From Amoebophrya sp. A120 (lineage: Eukaryota > Protista > Dinoflagellata): a DNA stretch of 64,000 bases. Positions 43,801 to 56,360 of the stretch are shown here, piece by piece. The stretch spans positions 10,321,432-10,385,431 of the forward strand of contig CAJINV010000001.1 in assembly GCA_905178155.1 (NCBI GenBank), given 5' to 3'. The translations under genes were made by a program, and so were the position numbers. The notes beneath the pieces were generated by a model. The model was not told the DNA's origin. It saw only the letters and a program-made list of their open reading frames with translations, and did no database searches. Numbering within the stretch: the stretch's first letter is position 1; each line of letters opens with the position of its first letter.

Positions 43801-46800
43801 AGTCGCGAAAGCCCATCAGTGCGTGCACATGGCCGAGAACGCCGGCAGTGCTGAGGATGGTTTTGGAGGAGACGCGGGGGTGGATGAATCCGACTTGTTG
43901 ACGGCTAGCAGTAAAAGCAGCAAGGGCAATAAACCAGTACAAAACAACAATTCGCTGATCCCTAACCTTGCGGAAAATTTGCGGAAGGAGAAAATCAAGG
44001 AAAAATCTCTCAGCCCCGCTCACAAAAAGAAAATAGCGGACGTGCGCACCTGGATCCAGGTATGCGTTTCGTTACACGATTTACTCACCAGCAAACCGAA
44101 TTTCGGCGACGTTTTTGTGGAGGACGTAAAGAATACCGTCGCGCAAGTGAAAAACGTGATGCAAGACCGCGCAGCGGACGCATTGGAAAAAATCCACATC
44201 AAAGAAAACATCGACAAAGTGAAGGAAAAGGCGACCGGATTTCTCGGGGTGGCCGGAAAATTCTTCGGCGGCGTTGCGAACGCTCTCCTCGAGGAACAAG
44301 ACGGCACGCCAGATTTGGCGGACGCGCTGGGGCACTTGCGGAGAGCAGATGAGCAACCCGCAGGTTCCGAACAGACGGCCATGACCGGAAGTGCTGCGTC
44401 GTCCCAAAGAACGCCAGCGAACAAGCAGATGAAAACGATACTTTCTGAAGAGTCAGCTGCTAAAAATAGAGCAGACACCACACCTGCTGCGCAAGCACTC
44501 GATGCAGCTGGTGCAAACAAGGGCAACAAGAGACGGCGATCTTCTTTTTCTGGCCGAGGCAGGAAAAGCAGCAAAGACCTTCGCGGTCGGAGAAGCGAGC
44601 AGTCTCAAGTTCTCGTCGAAGATGATTTCTTCGACCAAGACGCGCGCACATTCCCCATCGAAACACCCGCACACGTCAAGATGTTGCTCCGCGACCGGAA
44701 GCAGCAAAAATCGCTGGCGTCTTTACTCGCGGAGTGGAATCCTTTTCTCCTCGTGGACCCGTTTGAGGAAAAATTTTTACATCTGTTGCAATTACTAAAC
44801 ATCGACGGCCATAACGACGTCGACGTGCTGCTCGTGCGATCTGCGGTCTGCGTGATGCTGGACAAATTTGGGCCCGCGGTCGAGAATCTGCAGCGTTTGC
44901 TGAGCAAGCTCAGCACTGGAGAGGAGCAACACTCCGCGAAAAAGGACCGCGCGTGCAGGCTCGTTCTCGCTTTCGTTGTCACAGAGATTGACCGCTCGGG
45001 GCTGGCAAATTTGCTCGATGCTGGACCGCGTGCTGCAGCATCAAGACGGGTCGTTGGCTCGTCCTTCTTCGGAACCGATGCGGAAACCTTCTCCGCAGAG
45101 CAGATCAGCAAGCTTGCTGCTCTCACCGAGCTCGTTGGCGACTGTTTGAAAATCTGCACCTCAGTCGATCTTGTGCGCGAGGTAGCTGTTACCTACCGGC
45201 GGCTTTGCAGCGTGCAGCACGCAGCGAGCCAGTCGCGAAGCGGCCTGCTGCCGACTAGTGGCAATCACACGACCGGAATAATTCTGTCCACGGGTAGTTC
45301 TGCGTCCTCGTCCTCAACTGCGCGACCTGCTGAGCAAAGCACGCGGGCGAAGAACGCATACCAGTTCGTGCTTTCCGCTCCTTTTGTTCCAGAGAACGAT
45401 CGCGAAGCAACGGATTACGACGCTTGGCGAAATTTGGTTCGAGCGCCAGCACCTGCATCAAGAACTTTCTCTTCCTCTAGTAGCACGAGACAGTCCTTCA
45501 CTGATCCTCGGTCGTCGTTCTCCATGCACCGGCGAAGCAGTCGCGAGCTGGGAGACAAGAGCGCTCCAAGCGGAGTGGGACAAGAAGGTCGTGGTCCACT
45601 CTCAGTTGCTGTGTTGCAGCCGCTGCTAACCCGCGACCCACGCATGGCGTGCTTGTACTTGACGAGCAAGGGATATGCCGTAGTTCCTTCCTTGATGTCC
45701 CTTGTCTTCTCTGCCAGCAGCTCGCTTGAAACAAAAATATCGGCGCTGGATGTGTTGCGGCAATACGATGTTGACAGTGAGATGAAAGAAGTAGATCGCG
45801 ATTTTCTTCCCGCACTGCAGGCGCTCGCTTCTGCTCATCAAGACGCGACGTCGGCCGCGGCAAGAAGAAAGCTGTTGGAAAGCGTGCGGTCCGTTTGCAA
45901 AGGAACCATGGCCGAGGCACAGCTGCCATTCACGGACTTTTTTCCCTCACTTCCCGGCAGCACTCAACCTGAGCGCCAACGAATACAGGACGCGCTAACC
46001 GCGTTCGAAACGAGCAGGAGGAGGTTTCTGTCAGAATCTTCAAGCCCGACAGCGCATTCCGCAAAATTGGTTCATATCTTCGAACAGGATTGGCACGAGG
46101 AGGAAGACCAGAAAGAGGGCGGCGTAGACGATAGTACTTCACCCCTTGCCGTACCGCGAAGAACTGATGAAAGCCCGTCCACCGATGGTGCTCATCCTGA
46201 GACAATCGCGCCCTCCGCAAGATCGCGCGCGCCGACACTCGGGAAGAAGTGCGACGGGCCGGAGAAGACGGCCGCAGATGAGTGGGGCTGGGATGATGAC
46301 GACGACGAGGCATGGGATGACCTTTTGCCGCTACGGGAAAACCAGAAGAAGTCCAAGTCGCCGCAGGCCCCCTCTGCGCCCTCAGCAGAAAATAAAGCGC
46401 AAGCAAAATCTAAATCCTCACCTTCCTCACCGATAAGTAAAGACCACCCTGTTATTTTCGAGGAGACGGTCGCAAAAACAGAAGAGCAAGTCAAGGACGG
46501 CGATGATCTTCTATGGAATGAGCTGGGAGATGAATCGCCTAAAATCACTGCACAGGAAAGTGCGGCTCCAGCTGCGCCACCTGTAGTTGCGCCAGCTTCT
46601 ACTCCTGCACCTGCACCTCCGGATGCACTCAGTAAACCAGCGCTCGTACAAGAGACGAAATCTGACGCAGGCTGGGACTGGGAAGATGACGAAGAAGCAG
46701 AGCTGAAGTTCGATGAACCGGCACCGCAGGCGGCCGTAGCTTCTACAGCTTCGCAGGAAGTAGAACAGGAGCAGTTGCAGCCCCCGCCAATCGCCGCTTC

Positions 46801-49800
46801 TGATACCGCAGCTGACGACACAGCGCGACCTGCTTCTTCGCCCGCCTCTTGGCCTGACGACGACGAAGCTTTTGCTGATTCTCTCCCTCTTCCTGTACAA
46901 GAAGACCCTGCTCCTCTTGAAAGCTCCAAGACACGCGAGGATGAAGCGCCACTCTCACTTCCTCCCGAGCCTGCCCCACCTGTCACGAGCATGGAGGAAG
47001 ACCGCATCGGTGACAAGAAGTCGCCTGCGTCATCACCGTCATCTTGGCCGGAAGACTTCAGCGACGCGGGATTCGCCACGGAGTCTGTTGCTCCCGCCGT
47101 TGTAGCAGCACCGGTGGAAGTTCCTTCCCCAACAGTTTTACCTGCTCCAGTTGTGCCTTCAGAGCCGGGTGCTGGTGCGGATGTTTTGATCGAGCCCCGG
47201 AAAGTACAACAAATCGAGGAAGCAGCCGCGCCACCAGCCCAGTCGTCTCCGTCCTGGCCCGAAGACGACGATGATGCTCCTTTTGCTTCGCTTTATACAC
47301 CCGCAAAGTTACCAGAGCTTCTACCTGAAGATGCGCAGGAGCTGCAAGAACAAAGCGCAATGCCAGACCAAGACACTCTCCAAAGCCAACCTGCTATCTC
47401 CCCGGTGATGTCCCATTTACCCTGGGAACAAGAAGAGCAGATGGAAGCGTCCAGTGCCGGTAGCCCAAGTCCGACCAGATTCGCGTCGATGCGGCTGCCC
47501 TGGGAACAGGATCAGCAGCAAGACGACGGCGACGACGCAGCCGATAGTACAACACCCATGCCTCCGTTAGAGTTGGCTGTCCACCCGGACGCCGGCGCTG
47601 GAGCGGCTTTGGAAGTCGATTTGACACAACAGCTGGACGTAGCAGTGGATCGAGACCTGCAAGAGGACCCACTTTTGCTGTATCAGCTGGGCGGAGAAAA
47701 GGAGATCACCGATGCGTCGACGGAAGATCTCGTCCCCTCAAAACTTCCGTGGGAGGTGGAAAGTGGCGGCGACGAGGACGTTTTGGTGGTGCCGCCGAGT
47801 GGAGAAGTTACGACAGCTCTTCCTGCGGGAGATCTTCCTTTGGCAGAACTACGAGAAGTCAGCAGGTCGCAGCAACCAAGCGCGCTGGGAGGAGCTCTGG
47901 CACCACCAAAACCTGCTGGAGATGACGACGGTTGGGATTTTAGCGACGACGATGAACAACAGCTTGCGGTGGGGCCGCAGGAAGCTTCAGGTGAGATGGC
48001 GTTGGCGAAGAACCATGACAGAGATTCCAAGAATCCTCTAGCGGCGCCAGACGACTTTTCCAAGAAAACAGCGAATGGCACAACTACGCGCTTATCGTGC
48101 GACTCCGAAAATATCAGGGAAAGTGACCGCATTCCGGAGATGCCAGCAGAACGGGTGACAGAAGAGGTTGAGGAAGATTCGGCATTACTTCTACAAGACG
48201 TCACACCGACGAACAACCTTCAAACGGCAGCGACCAACTTTGGACTCGACGACTTGCTGAATCAAACGTCGCTGGATTTCGACAATTTACCAACTCTCCC
48301 ACCGGATCTCGGATCCGAAACGCAAGCGTTGCACTTCACCGAAAGAACTTTGGATCAGGCTCAGCAGCAGGAGAGCGCTGAGAATGAGAAAGAAGTGCAA
48401 CGACCTGCTCCACCCCAACCTGCAGCGAGTACTAGCGAAACCAACAAAGCCGTGCCTGCTTCGAAGGTTAGCGATGATCTTCCCTGGGACGATATGTTTT
48501 CAGACGACGACAAAAATGACGGACCCACGGCAATTCAACGCGTCAGAACGTCAACACCGTCGAAGTCCTCCAAGCCGGGTGAGTACTTGTTTGAAGACGA
48601 TGAGGTTGGACAGGTGACCGAAGCTCCTGCTCCTCACCAGCAGAACGGAGAACAACACCAGCAGAGAATACCAAACTCGACATCCCAGCAAGCCAACGGC
48701 TATCACAGCGACACAACACCTACACCAAAATCGCCGAGTAAGGACGCGCGGGAGTTTCTCGACCGCTTTGCGGAGAACACCGTGCACGACGAGGTTGCAG
48801 CCATTGCAGGCGTGATCGGCGACGGTGTCGCGGGGATGATGAACGTGTTCGGACGGACGTTTCTCGGCCCGGAAGATCATTTGCAGGACGGCACCCCCGA
48901 CTTCGAAGACGTGGAGAGTGCGCTGCAGGCCGCGGTGCTTAAGCTTTCCGTCCTGAGCAACAATTGCGGCGACCAGGTGCGTGTTTCTCTCTACGAGCAG
49001 GCGGGAGTAAGTCCGTTTATTGAGCTCCTCCAGGTCGTGCAGGTGTTGCAGCAATGCCAGGAGTACATCCAACCCCATTCACAGCACTTCGCCCGGTTCC
49101 GCCAACTGCTCTTCCACTACTTGGGCCGGACGGAAAAGCGCCACTTGCAGCAGGAGCACGATGCGAGTCAGAAGAGAAAGCTTGCAGCAGATGAGGAAAA
49201 CAACTCTGGTGCAACGCCGCTCGGGAATTTTCTCGGCGCTCAAGGCTTCTTCTCCGCCATCCAGGAGCAGATATCTGGGGCAGGCGGTTCTACCGACAAG
49301 GAGGATGATCAGCACGATTTCAATCTCCTTCTGCGCGAAATCGCGGTCTTGCTGCGCGAGCTGTTCTACGACGAAATCCTGGCTTGCGCGCCCCGCGACT
49401 GCGTCTACATGGTGTGTTTGGCCGTCCAAGACCTCCCGGCGCAGAACCTCCTGTATCAGTACTGCGGCGTCACCGCATCCGGGCTCGCGCGACACGCACT
49501 CATCAGCACAGGCCGACCCTCGCTGCAAGCGATCATCAACGCAGGCGAGAATGAATCTGAAACACTAAACGAGGATGATTCTGAAGCCGAGCTGCTCTGC
49601 GCGATGCTTCTGCCGTATCTAAGCGACACGGGGGACTGGGTGCAGGTGATTCGCAGTTGCGCAGCGAAAGCGGTTTTCCCCTCGGTAAAACGCCACCTGC
49701 AAATGCAGTTGGAAACCCGCCTTGCCGACCCTGCTATGGACGATCATGTGCTGACGTACGAGCTGCGAAAGCGAGATTTCGAAATCTCTGCAGTGCAAGC

Positions 49801-50005
49801 CTTCGAACAGCTCTACGGAACTGTCGGAGCGGTAGCAGTTGCCGACAACGGCAGCGGAGGGCCAGGAGCAGCGGGCGGGCCAAGGACAAGTGTATCCAAC
49901 TTGCTCGCACTTGCGCCAGACGCGCGACTCGGGCGAGTGCTTGAGCAGGTAGGGAAACAGCAGGGGCTGTCCTCTGACGATGTTCAGGATTTCATGACCG
50001 GATGA
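40802..50005 (+). CDS. NBAS: NBAS / Sec39-domain ER tethering protein homolog (~2920 aa; 5' exons possibly missing)
   Basis: Exons 40802-40886, 41001-41535, 41712-42011 and 42154-50005. Ordered blocks resemble NBAS as I recall it: WIRLGIQH, VIKGALNLMKLSLDAIYC..IYSQIP, LHSLADLTEQHLNFVEHVLQRY and LLNLAADYL..AHQCV. Frame is also open from a possible acceptor at 40773. Confidence 0.75.
40882..41000. mobile_element. MITE-like introner: 30-bp TIRs, 5-bp TSD (CGATT), non-canonical intron of 114 nt
   Basis: TSD CGATT at 40882-40886 and 40996-41000. TIR TATCCAGGAAAAAACACCCAyCCCCATCCA at 40887-40916 / 40966-40995 (29/30 match). It contains an in-frame TGA, and excision restores EKALDFDGDAF. Confidence 0.92.
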
Positions 50006-50614
50006 AACGCGCTCGCGCAGATCAGAAAAAGCTCTTCAAGAAACCCAAACCTCCTTTTCCCTCACAGCGACCACAACCCATATTCACGCGCAACCTTGAT
50101 GCTTCAGGTTCAGAAGTTTACGCTAACGCATACATAGACGCAATAAAGACACAAACCAGTGCTTCACGAGCCATAAACTGGAACTGCTTGGCGGTTTTTT
50201 CATGTGAACAAGTGTTCATCAGCCGACACCGACTCGTGACCGGTGCCATACATTCTTGGCGTCCCCCTTTGCTTGTTTTTGTCGTTCTCGTTTCTGACTT
50301 TGCTTTAGTGTCGAGCATGAGTGCGCTTGAGTTGCAAATCAAGGGCTCAAACAAGCACGACCCATGCAGTCATCGCTGAGTTGTGTGTAAAAAGTGTAGC
50401 CCCGTTGCAAATCTGACCAGAGATGGAGCAAGTTCAAGAGTCTCCGCAGCAGTCCTACGCGGAGATGCTGCCACGAGTGTGCGTCACTACCTATCAACAC
50501 GCATTCTATCCGCGGCCCAACATAGTCAGATGGTCCTCCTGGCAGTGATTCAGTAAAAGTTCCCGCTCGACAAAAGGAAAAGCCTACGACTACGACAATT
50601 CAAAAAGCATAAAG

Positions 50615-52338
50615 ATGACGGAACCCGAGGAGTCGCTTGCCCGCTTGCGGGTGGTCCTGGAGGACACTCGCTTTTCTCCGGAGCAAGCGGTCGAGCACCT
50701 GTTAGGGCTGAAAAAATCCAGCACCTTCTTTCCGGAAGCGCGTCTGACCGCTGCAGTTTTTGTGGCGGAGAATATGCAAGACTCGCACGGTCTGGGCCCT
50801 CGGTTTTGCCGACTGGTGGAACTGCTGCTGAAATCACAGGTGCTGGAGGTCACGGGACTTCTGCGCATGATGGAAGAGATGCTGACGGAGATAGAATCCG
50901 AACCAAAAACCCGACCCGCACAAACAGCCGGCGGCGGTAGCGGCACGACTTTGGCTGCAGAGGAGCACGCAGCCGTACTGGACACACTGCTGCAGGTTTG
51001 TCCGCAAGTTCCTCTACCCGCGAGAACCAAGAAGCTGGCACAGAAATACCGCAAGCGCTTTCCACGCCTTGCACAGAACCTCATCGTTCCGCAGGTGGTG
51101 ACTTCTGGTGTCATTGACGGCGAAGTGGACGCCACAATACTCGACGGACATGCACACGCCGGTGGGCAAATGTTTAAAAATCGTCTCAGCTGCTCACTGC
51201 ATCCCTGTTCGCGGATGTGGATCCCAGCTTCGAACTCCGGGTCAAGTTCTTCCAGTTCCTCCTCGTCCCGCCTGCCGTTCTTCTGTGTCAGTTACGTGGA
51301 CTCGCAAACTCTTCTGACTGGGACAAAAAACGCGGTATGCCAATTTGACGTCACTGCGCAATTATGCACGGATATCATTCCCTGCGAGGACTTTTCCGTC
51401 GTTTCCCTCGCACACAGCAAGCTCGGCGACCGGGCCAGCGTCGGCCTGGTGTCTGCCGACGGGCGGACAAGCGCCTTCGCGCAGCTCTGGCGAGATACGC
51501 AGCAGGTGTGGCAAGTGGAAATGCCCGACAAGCAGACCACTTTCGAGCGCGTAACTCGAAGTTGCTTCCTCGGCGACGCGGTCTGTCTCGCAGCCACCAC
51601 GCTCGAGGAGAGCCTGCTACTGATTCAGGGCGAGAGGGAGCTGCGCGCGGCGCGGCAGGTGCCGCTCGTGACGCCAGCCGGGGACCTCGTCGCGCTAGAC
51701 CCGTTTTGCCTGGCCGCGGTGTCGCGCGCCCCAGCGGCAAGCTTGATGCTCTTCGACATCCGCGAGAAAAACGCATGTGTGTCGGAATACTCCATGGCAG
51801 AAACGGATCTGACGTGCGTTGCGGCTGTGAAGGTAAGTAGTAGCTACCAGTCGCAGCTTTATTGTCTCCTGCTTCTGTTTTTCATTGTTCTCCTTCTCGT
51901 ACTCATGCATTGTTTCACATATTCGAGAACAGCCGCATCCTAGCCCGCAAAGCACATATGTTGAAACTCTTTCAGGCTAATTCGCAGTCTCCCGCGCCCA
52001 CATCGATTCTTTGTGCCGGTGACGGCTGTTTTCAGTTCGACGCACGCAAACTGGAGCGTGGTCCGCAGGCCGGCCGGGAGCTCATCGGCACCGCGATACG
52101 GCTGCATCCCTTGCGGCTGCCGAACTACTGCGCACTGCTGGACTCGTCTGGAGTCTACTCTTTCGACGTGAACACAATGGAGCAGCTCGAACCCGCTGGA
52201 GGGGGTAAGCGTGCAGATGCGTCCGCTGCAAATAGCAGTTTCTGCTACGACCTCGCGGTCTGCGGTGACGCGATTTTTGCAAGTGGCCTCGACGGAGTAC
52301 AGCACTATAGGGCACAGTGGTCAAATAGTGGCCCCTAA
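50615..52338 (+). CDS. Protein with helical N-terminus and WD40-like beta-propeller (526 aa)
   Basis: Exons 50615-51832 and 51976-52338 (intron 51833-51975, GTAAGT..CAG|G). Blade-like segments: LLTGTKNAVCQFDV, SLMLFDIRE, ILCAGDGCFQFDAR and IFASGLDGVQHY. Confidence 0.65.
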
Positions 52339-52793
52339 ACGAATGACCGTCGTCATGAATATCAATATTTTTCACTTGTGTGTGCCCGGACAGCACTGGG
52401 AACATTTTTGTGTGCCGCGTGTCAACGCTGGAGGGTGGCCTCGCGTGGTGGTCTGTTCCACAAACCCTTCTCTAGCGCTTGCAAGCGCGCTTGAGATTCG
52501 GTAACATTATCATTAAAGCCCCGATCTTTTCGTTCGCCTAAAGATTTAGACAAAGCAAAAGTGTTGTTCCGACGCGTTTGTGTGATTCTCGTGTTTTTTT
52601 CGTGGTTCTCAATTCCCGTACCTCATTTCGCCACTCGTTTGTACACCCTTCTCTTTTACCGTTCGTTGTGGTCGGGGTGATACAATAGTGAGTGACATGC
52701 CAATCGGAGGCACAGGCAGTGGCAGGGGGCTTTGCCAGATTATTCATTCGTTTTGTCGCTCGTCGTCAACGACCTTCTTCTCAATATTTGAGC

Positions 52794-55700
52794 ATGCCGG
52801 CGGTGACGCCTCCTCCTCGCGTTCTAGACGTCGAATCTTTCGACGGACGCCCTTCGACCAACCAGCTACGCGACGACAAAAAAGAAAACTTTCGGCAAGT
52901 TTCGCTTGCCGCGGTCAAGAATGTTGACACGGATCTGGATTGGAGGGCCAAAAGCTCGGGCGCTCCGCCGTACTTCGGCTTTGGAAATGATGTGGACAGG
53001 GCAAGCAAACGAAACGCACCGACGCAGCACGGAAGTGGGTACAACACCACCAATGTGCCGTCAATCCAACGGCTAGGAATTAGAGACACAACGAGAAGAA
53101 GAACCATCATCCTCGTGGGAGAGCGAAAGGAAACTCACGCGTCTCCGGAGCCAGCACGTGGTCGTGCAGCGCGAGACACTTTGACGATCTACCTTCCACC
53201 GCAGCGGCACGAACAGGAAGTGCAAGGTGGTCAGATCGATTGCAAGCCTCCATGTTCATGCGCCTACAGTAGAAGCACGAGTACCACATCAAGGACTGCG
53301 GCAACACGACCACCTTCGGCGTCCCAGGAAGCTACCGAGTTGACAGCGCTCGCAAAGCAAAAGCGCAACAGACGTGGCAAACGCAGAGCTAGAGGTGGAG
53401 GCCGCAGTCAACATGATCATGCAACGCTTCCTCATACCGACCACCACAATGATCATGTCGGAGACCAAAAAGATAGTGGTTCTGTCGAGAACTTTACATC
53501 ATGCGAGACGCGACCGATGAATTTTACGAAAGGGGAGTATTCTGCATGCAGTGACAAGCCGGGGGGAGGAGCAACTGGAAATGGATGCAGAATAGCGATG
53601 GAGATGGTGGTGCCAGAGCCACATGATACAAGAACCCCTGGAACTGCGCACGGGGAACACGAAGTCGAAGAAGACGGGCTGGACAGGGTGGGCCAAAATG
53701 CAGGAGCTAAGCAACAACACGTGCCCATCAAAAAGCCTTCTTCTTCTTTCAAGCTGTATGTGTATTCTTCATCGATAAAGGTCGCCGACGTTCTCGAGCC
53801 ATTTCAAAGGAACTCAACAGCGCAAAATGGCCAAAGCATGCAGCTGTTGCCCATGCAATACAGAAAGCGAAGTCCAGATGAGACCTACCGCATTGTGTCG
53901 GAATTTAGCCGGAAGGTCAAGGAACTTTGTCAGGAATCTGCCAGCGGCACAGCCACAATGGGTGTCGCAACAAGCAAGCGCCGACTTATTTCCGATTTGA
54001 AGCAAATGCTTCACGAAGAGGTTTTGCATCATCTTCCGCGCTGCAACGTACTGGATCTGTGCTGCGTTTTTCATTCGTTGGCACGCCTTTACCAGAAACA
54101 AGAAAAGCTGCGAGATAAGTCAATTACATCCCTCTGCGACGGGACTTTTTTAACCGTTCTGGACTCCGAGGCAACACGAAAAGTTTCCGGCATGTGGCCC
54201 CGGGACATTGCTAATATCCTCTGTGTGTTGTCCGCGATGAAAACGATTCCTACGAAAACGCTCTTGGCCGCCTTTTCCGAGCGAGTTTGCACTTACACCA
54301 GACGACATCAATTCAATTGCTTTGACATCGCGCAGGTCTGCATGGCGGCTGGCCGCTTCGTCAAGCTCGGTCGACTGCATGCAAGAGGTCATGACTCATC
54401 AAGCAGGGACATTCGGTTCATTAAAGAAATCAGCCGCTCGAATTCGGATTCGCAAGCATCTTCGTCGACGTGCTGTCATCTTCCGACCGACCGATCAGAG
54501 TGGCGGGCTGCTGCTTCTGTCAAGGAGAATAGAGAAGACCCTGCACTGGCAAGCTCCTTCCTGAGCGCCGAGGCTATTGCAGCACTCGTAGAGGAAGTAC
54601 AGCATGTGGCAGGAAGCATGAACGCCATGGACCTGTGCCACACGATCCGCGGCTTCTTCGACCTGCGCTCATTTCGTCGCCACGCCGTCGTCGGTGCTCT
54701 TGGTCGTGCCTTTGGTGCAAGGCTCAGCGAAGTGCGAGAACGTTTTAAAGTCGAGGAACTTTGCGGGACATTGCAGTGCCTGGCTGATCTCGAATTCGCT
54801 GCAGTAGACCGCGGCCGGTTTACGCTTTACCCTTTGCGGGAGTCTGGTCTCAACATGTCTGCCTTCATGGATCAACTGCTTCAGCACTTTGAAAGTTGCC
54901 TCCGGACAAAAAATCAGATGACTACTCGAGCCTTTCGGCAGGTGGAAACCGTAGATCTGACGAACGTGTGTGGGGCCTTTGCGAAGTTTGAATACCATCC
55001 CGGTGCCGAATTCTTCGACTCGATGGAAAAAATTTTGCGCAGCCAGTACTTGCTTCTGGAGCTCAACTCTCGTGTGCGTAGTATCCCGCTGTTGCTCTCG
55101 AGCTACGCAGATCTTCGTGAGACAGTGTCGCCCGATATCTTGAGAATTTTCGGGGACTGTTACCACCAGATAAGCGCAACATCATGCTCCTCCGCTTCTA
55201 CCTCCAGCTACACAAATATCGACAATTATTTGTTCGCGTTTGCGTGCTTGCAGCTGGACCCTGGTCGTGAATTCCTGGAAGACTTACTACTTGCCATTCC
55301 ATGCGAGTTGAGCAAGATGACATTCTCCGAAGCAGCTCATTGTCTACGAGCAATCGCAGTGCTTGCGTGCTTTCTGGATATGGGAAGCGACCAAGTCATT
55401 ACCCGAACGTCCCGCCAAGCTCGGAAATTGAAGTTGGCTGCGGAAAAGCTGGCGGCAATGTCCAATGTCGCCACTGAGGGCATAGCTTTGCGCTGTGACG
55501 AAGATGAGCAGGGGCTTCCAACAATCACATACGGTGACATCTACACGGTTCTCGTTATGAAATGCGAGGCAGGTTTTGCTGTTGCAATCGGGCCTCTTGG
55601 GCAACATCAACACGAGGCAACCAAATTGTGCGGCGAAGGAGCAGCAAATACAGAGGAGAAAGAGTCAGGATCGGACAGAAATTGTCAAATCTCTGAGTGC

Positions 55701-56360
55701 AACGAGGGCGCAGAAAGAAACGACCACGACCAGCATTTCGACTCTTTCTCTTCTCCCACCAAGGATGACATTGCTATTCGCAGCGCTCGGGGCGATCATG
55801 TTCCTACAGATGATACACGTCACCTGGATGCTTGCGGCGTTTTCTCATTATCGGTCTTGTTTCAATATCACACAGCTGCGACGATATGGAACAAGCACAA
55901 GAAGAAGAACACGCAAAACTCAGCTCGCTGGTGGCCCGTTCTGAGTCCCGAGCTGGAGCAAGCAGCGCGCTCGGATTGGTTCGTTCGTGGTACAGACGGG
56001 CATACTTCTTGCATGGAAGAAAACGTCGCTGACGCCCTTGAACACCTCGGACTGTCCTACATTCGAGAATACGTAACTCCCGATCGTGTCTGGAGCGTTG
56101 ACTTTCTTGTCGAGTTGCCCGATCAGAATGTTCAAGTAGCCGTGGAAGTCGACGGCGAGCAGCACTACGTGAAGAACCGAGGAAACAGGTTGTGGTGCAA
56201 AACCGGAAGAACAATAATCCGCGACTTCTTTCATCAAGATGTCTTTCCCCACTTTCTGGTCCTGGAGTTCGAGGAGTACGAAAGACACAGCAAGAATCTC
56301 GACGCAATGGCGCGTTGGGTTGCGCGGAAGCTTCAAGCTGTAGTTTCCGAGCGGACTTGA
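52794..56360 (+). CDS. RAP-domain helical-repeat (FASTK/OPR/HPR-like) RNA-binding protein
   Basis: Repeats such as PRDIANILCVLSAM, CFDIAQVCMAAGRF and TVDLTNVCGAFAKFEYHPG. C-terminal RAP core VADALEHLGL..EYVT..SVDFLV..VAVEVDGEQHY..GRTIIRD. First in-frame ATG is 52794. Confidence 0.88.
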   Translation: MPAVTPPPRVLDVESFDGRPSTNQLRDDKKENFRQVSLAAVKNVDTDLDWRAKSSGAPPYFGFGNDVDRASKRNAPTQHGSGYNTTNVPSIQRLGIRDTTRRRTIILVGERKETHASPEPARGRAARDTLTIYLPPQRHEQEVQGGQIDCKPPCSCAYSRSTSTTSRTAATRPPSASQEATELTALAKQKRNRRGKRRARGGGRSQHDHATLPHTDHHNDHVGDQKDSGSVENFTSCETRPMNFTKGEYSACSDKPGGGATGNGCRIAMEMVVPEPHDTRTPGTAHGEHEVEEDGLDRVGQNAGAKQQHVPIKKPSSSFKLYVYSSSIKVADVLEPFQRNSTAQNGQSMQLLPMQYRKRSPDETYRIVSEFSRKVKELCQESASGTATMGVATSKRRLISDLKQMLHEEVLHHLPRCNVLDLCCVFHSLARLYQKQEKLRDKSITSLCDGTFLTVLDSEATRKVSGMWPRDIANILCVLSAMKTIPTKTLLAAFSERVCTYTRRHQFNCFDIAQVCMAAGRFVKLGRLHARGHDSSSRDIRFIKEISRSNSDSQASSSTCCHLPTDRSEWRAAASVKENREDPALASSFLSAEAIAALVEEVQHVAGSMNAMDLCHTIRGFFDLRSFRRHAVVGALGRAFGARLSEVRERFKVEELCGTLQCLADLEFAAVDRGRFTLYPLRESGLNMSAFMDQLLQHFESCLRTKNQMTTRAFRQVETVDLTNVCGAFAKFEYHPGAEFFDSMEKILRSQYLLLELNSRVRSIPLLLSSYADLRETVSPDILRIFGDCYHQISATSCSSASTSSYTNIDNYLFAFACLQLDPGREFLEDLLLAIPCELSKMTFSEAAHCLRAIAVLACFLDMGSDQVITRTSRQARKLKLAAEKLAAMSNVATEGIALRCDEDEQGLPTITYGDIYTVLVMKCEAGFAVAIGPLGQHQHEATKLCGEGAANTEEKESGSDRNCQISECNEGAERNDHDQHFDSFSSPTKDDIAIRSARGDHVPTDDTRHLDACGVFSLSVLFQYHTAATIWNKHKKKNTQNSARWWPVLSPELEQAARSDWFVRGTDGHTSCMEENVADALEHLGLSYIREYVTPDRVWSVDFLVELPDQNVQVAVEVDGEQHYVKNRGNRLWCKTGRTIIRDFFHQDVFPHFLVLEFEEYERHSKNLDAMARWVARKLQAVVSERT

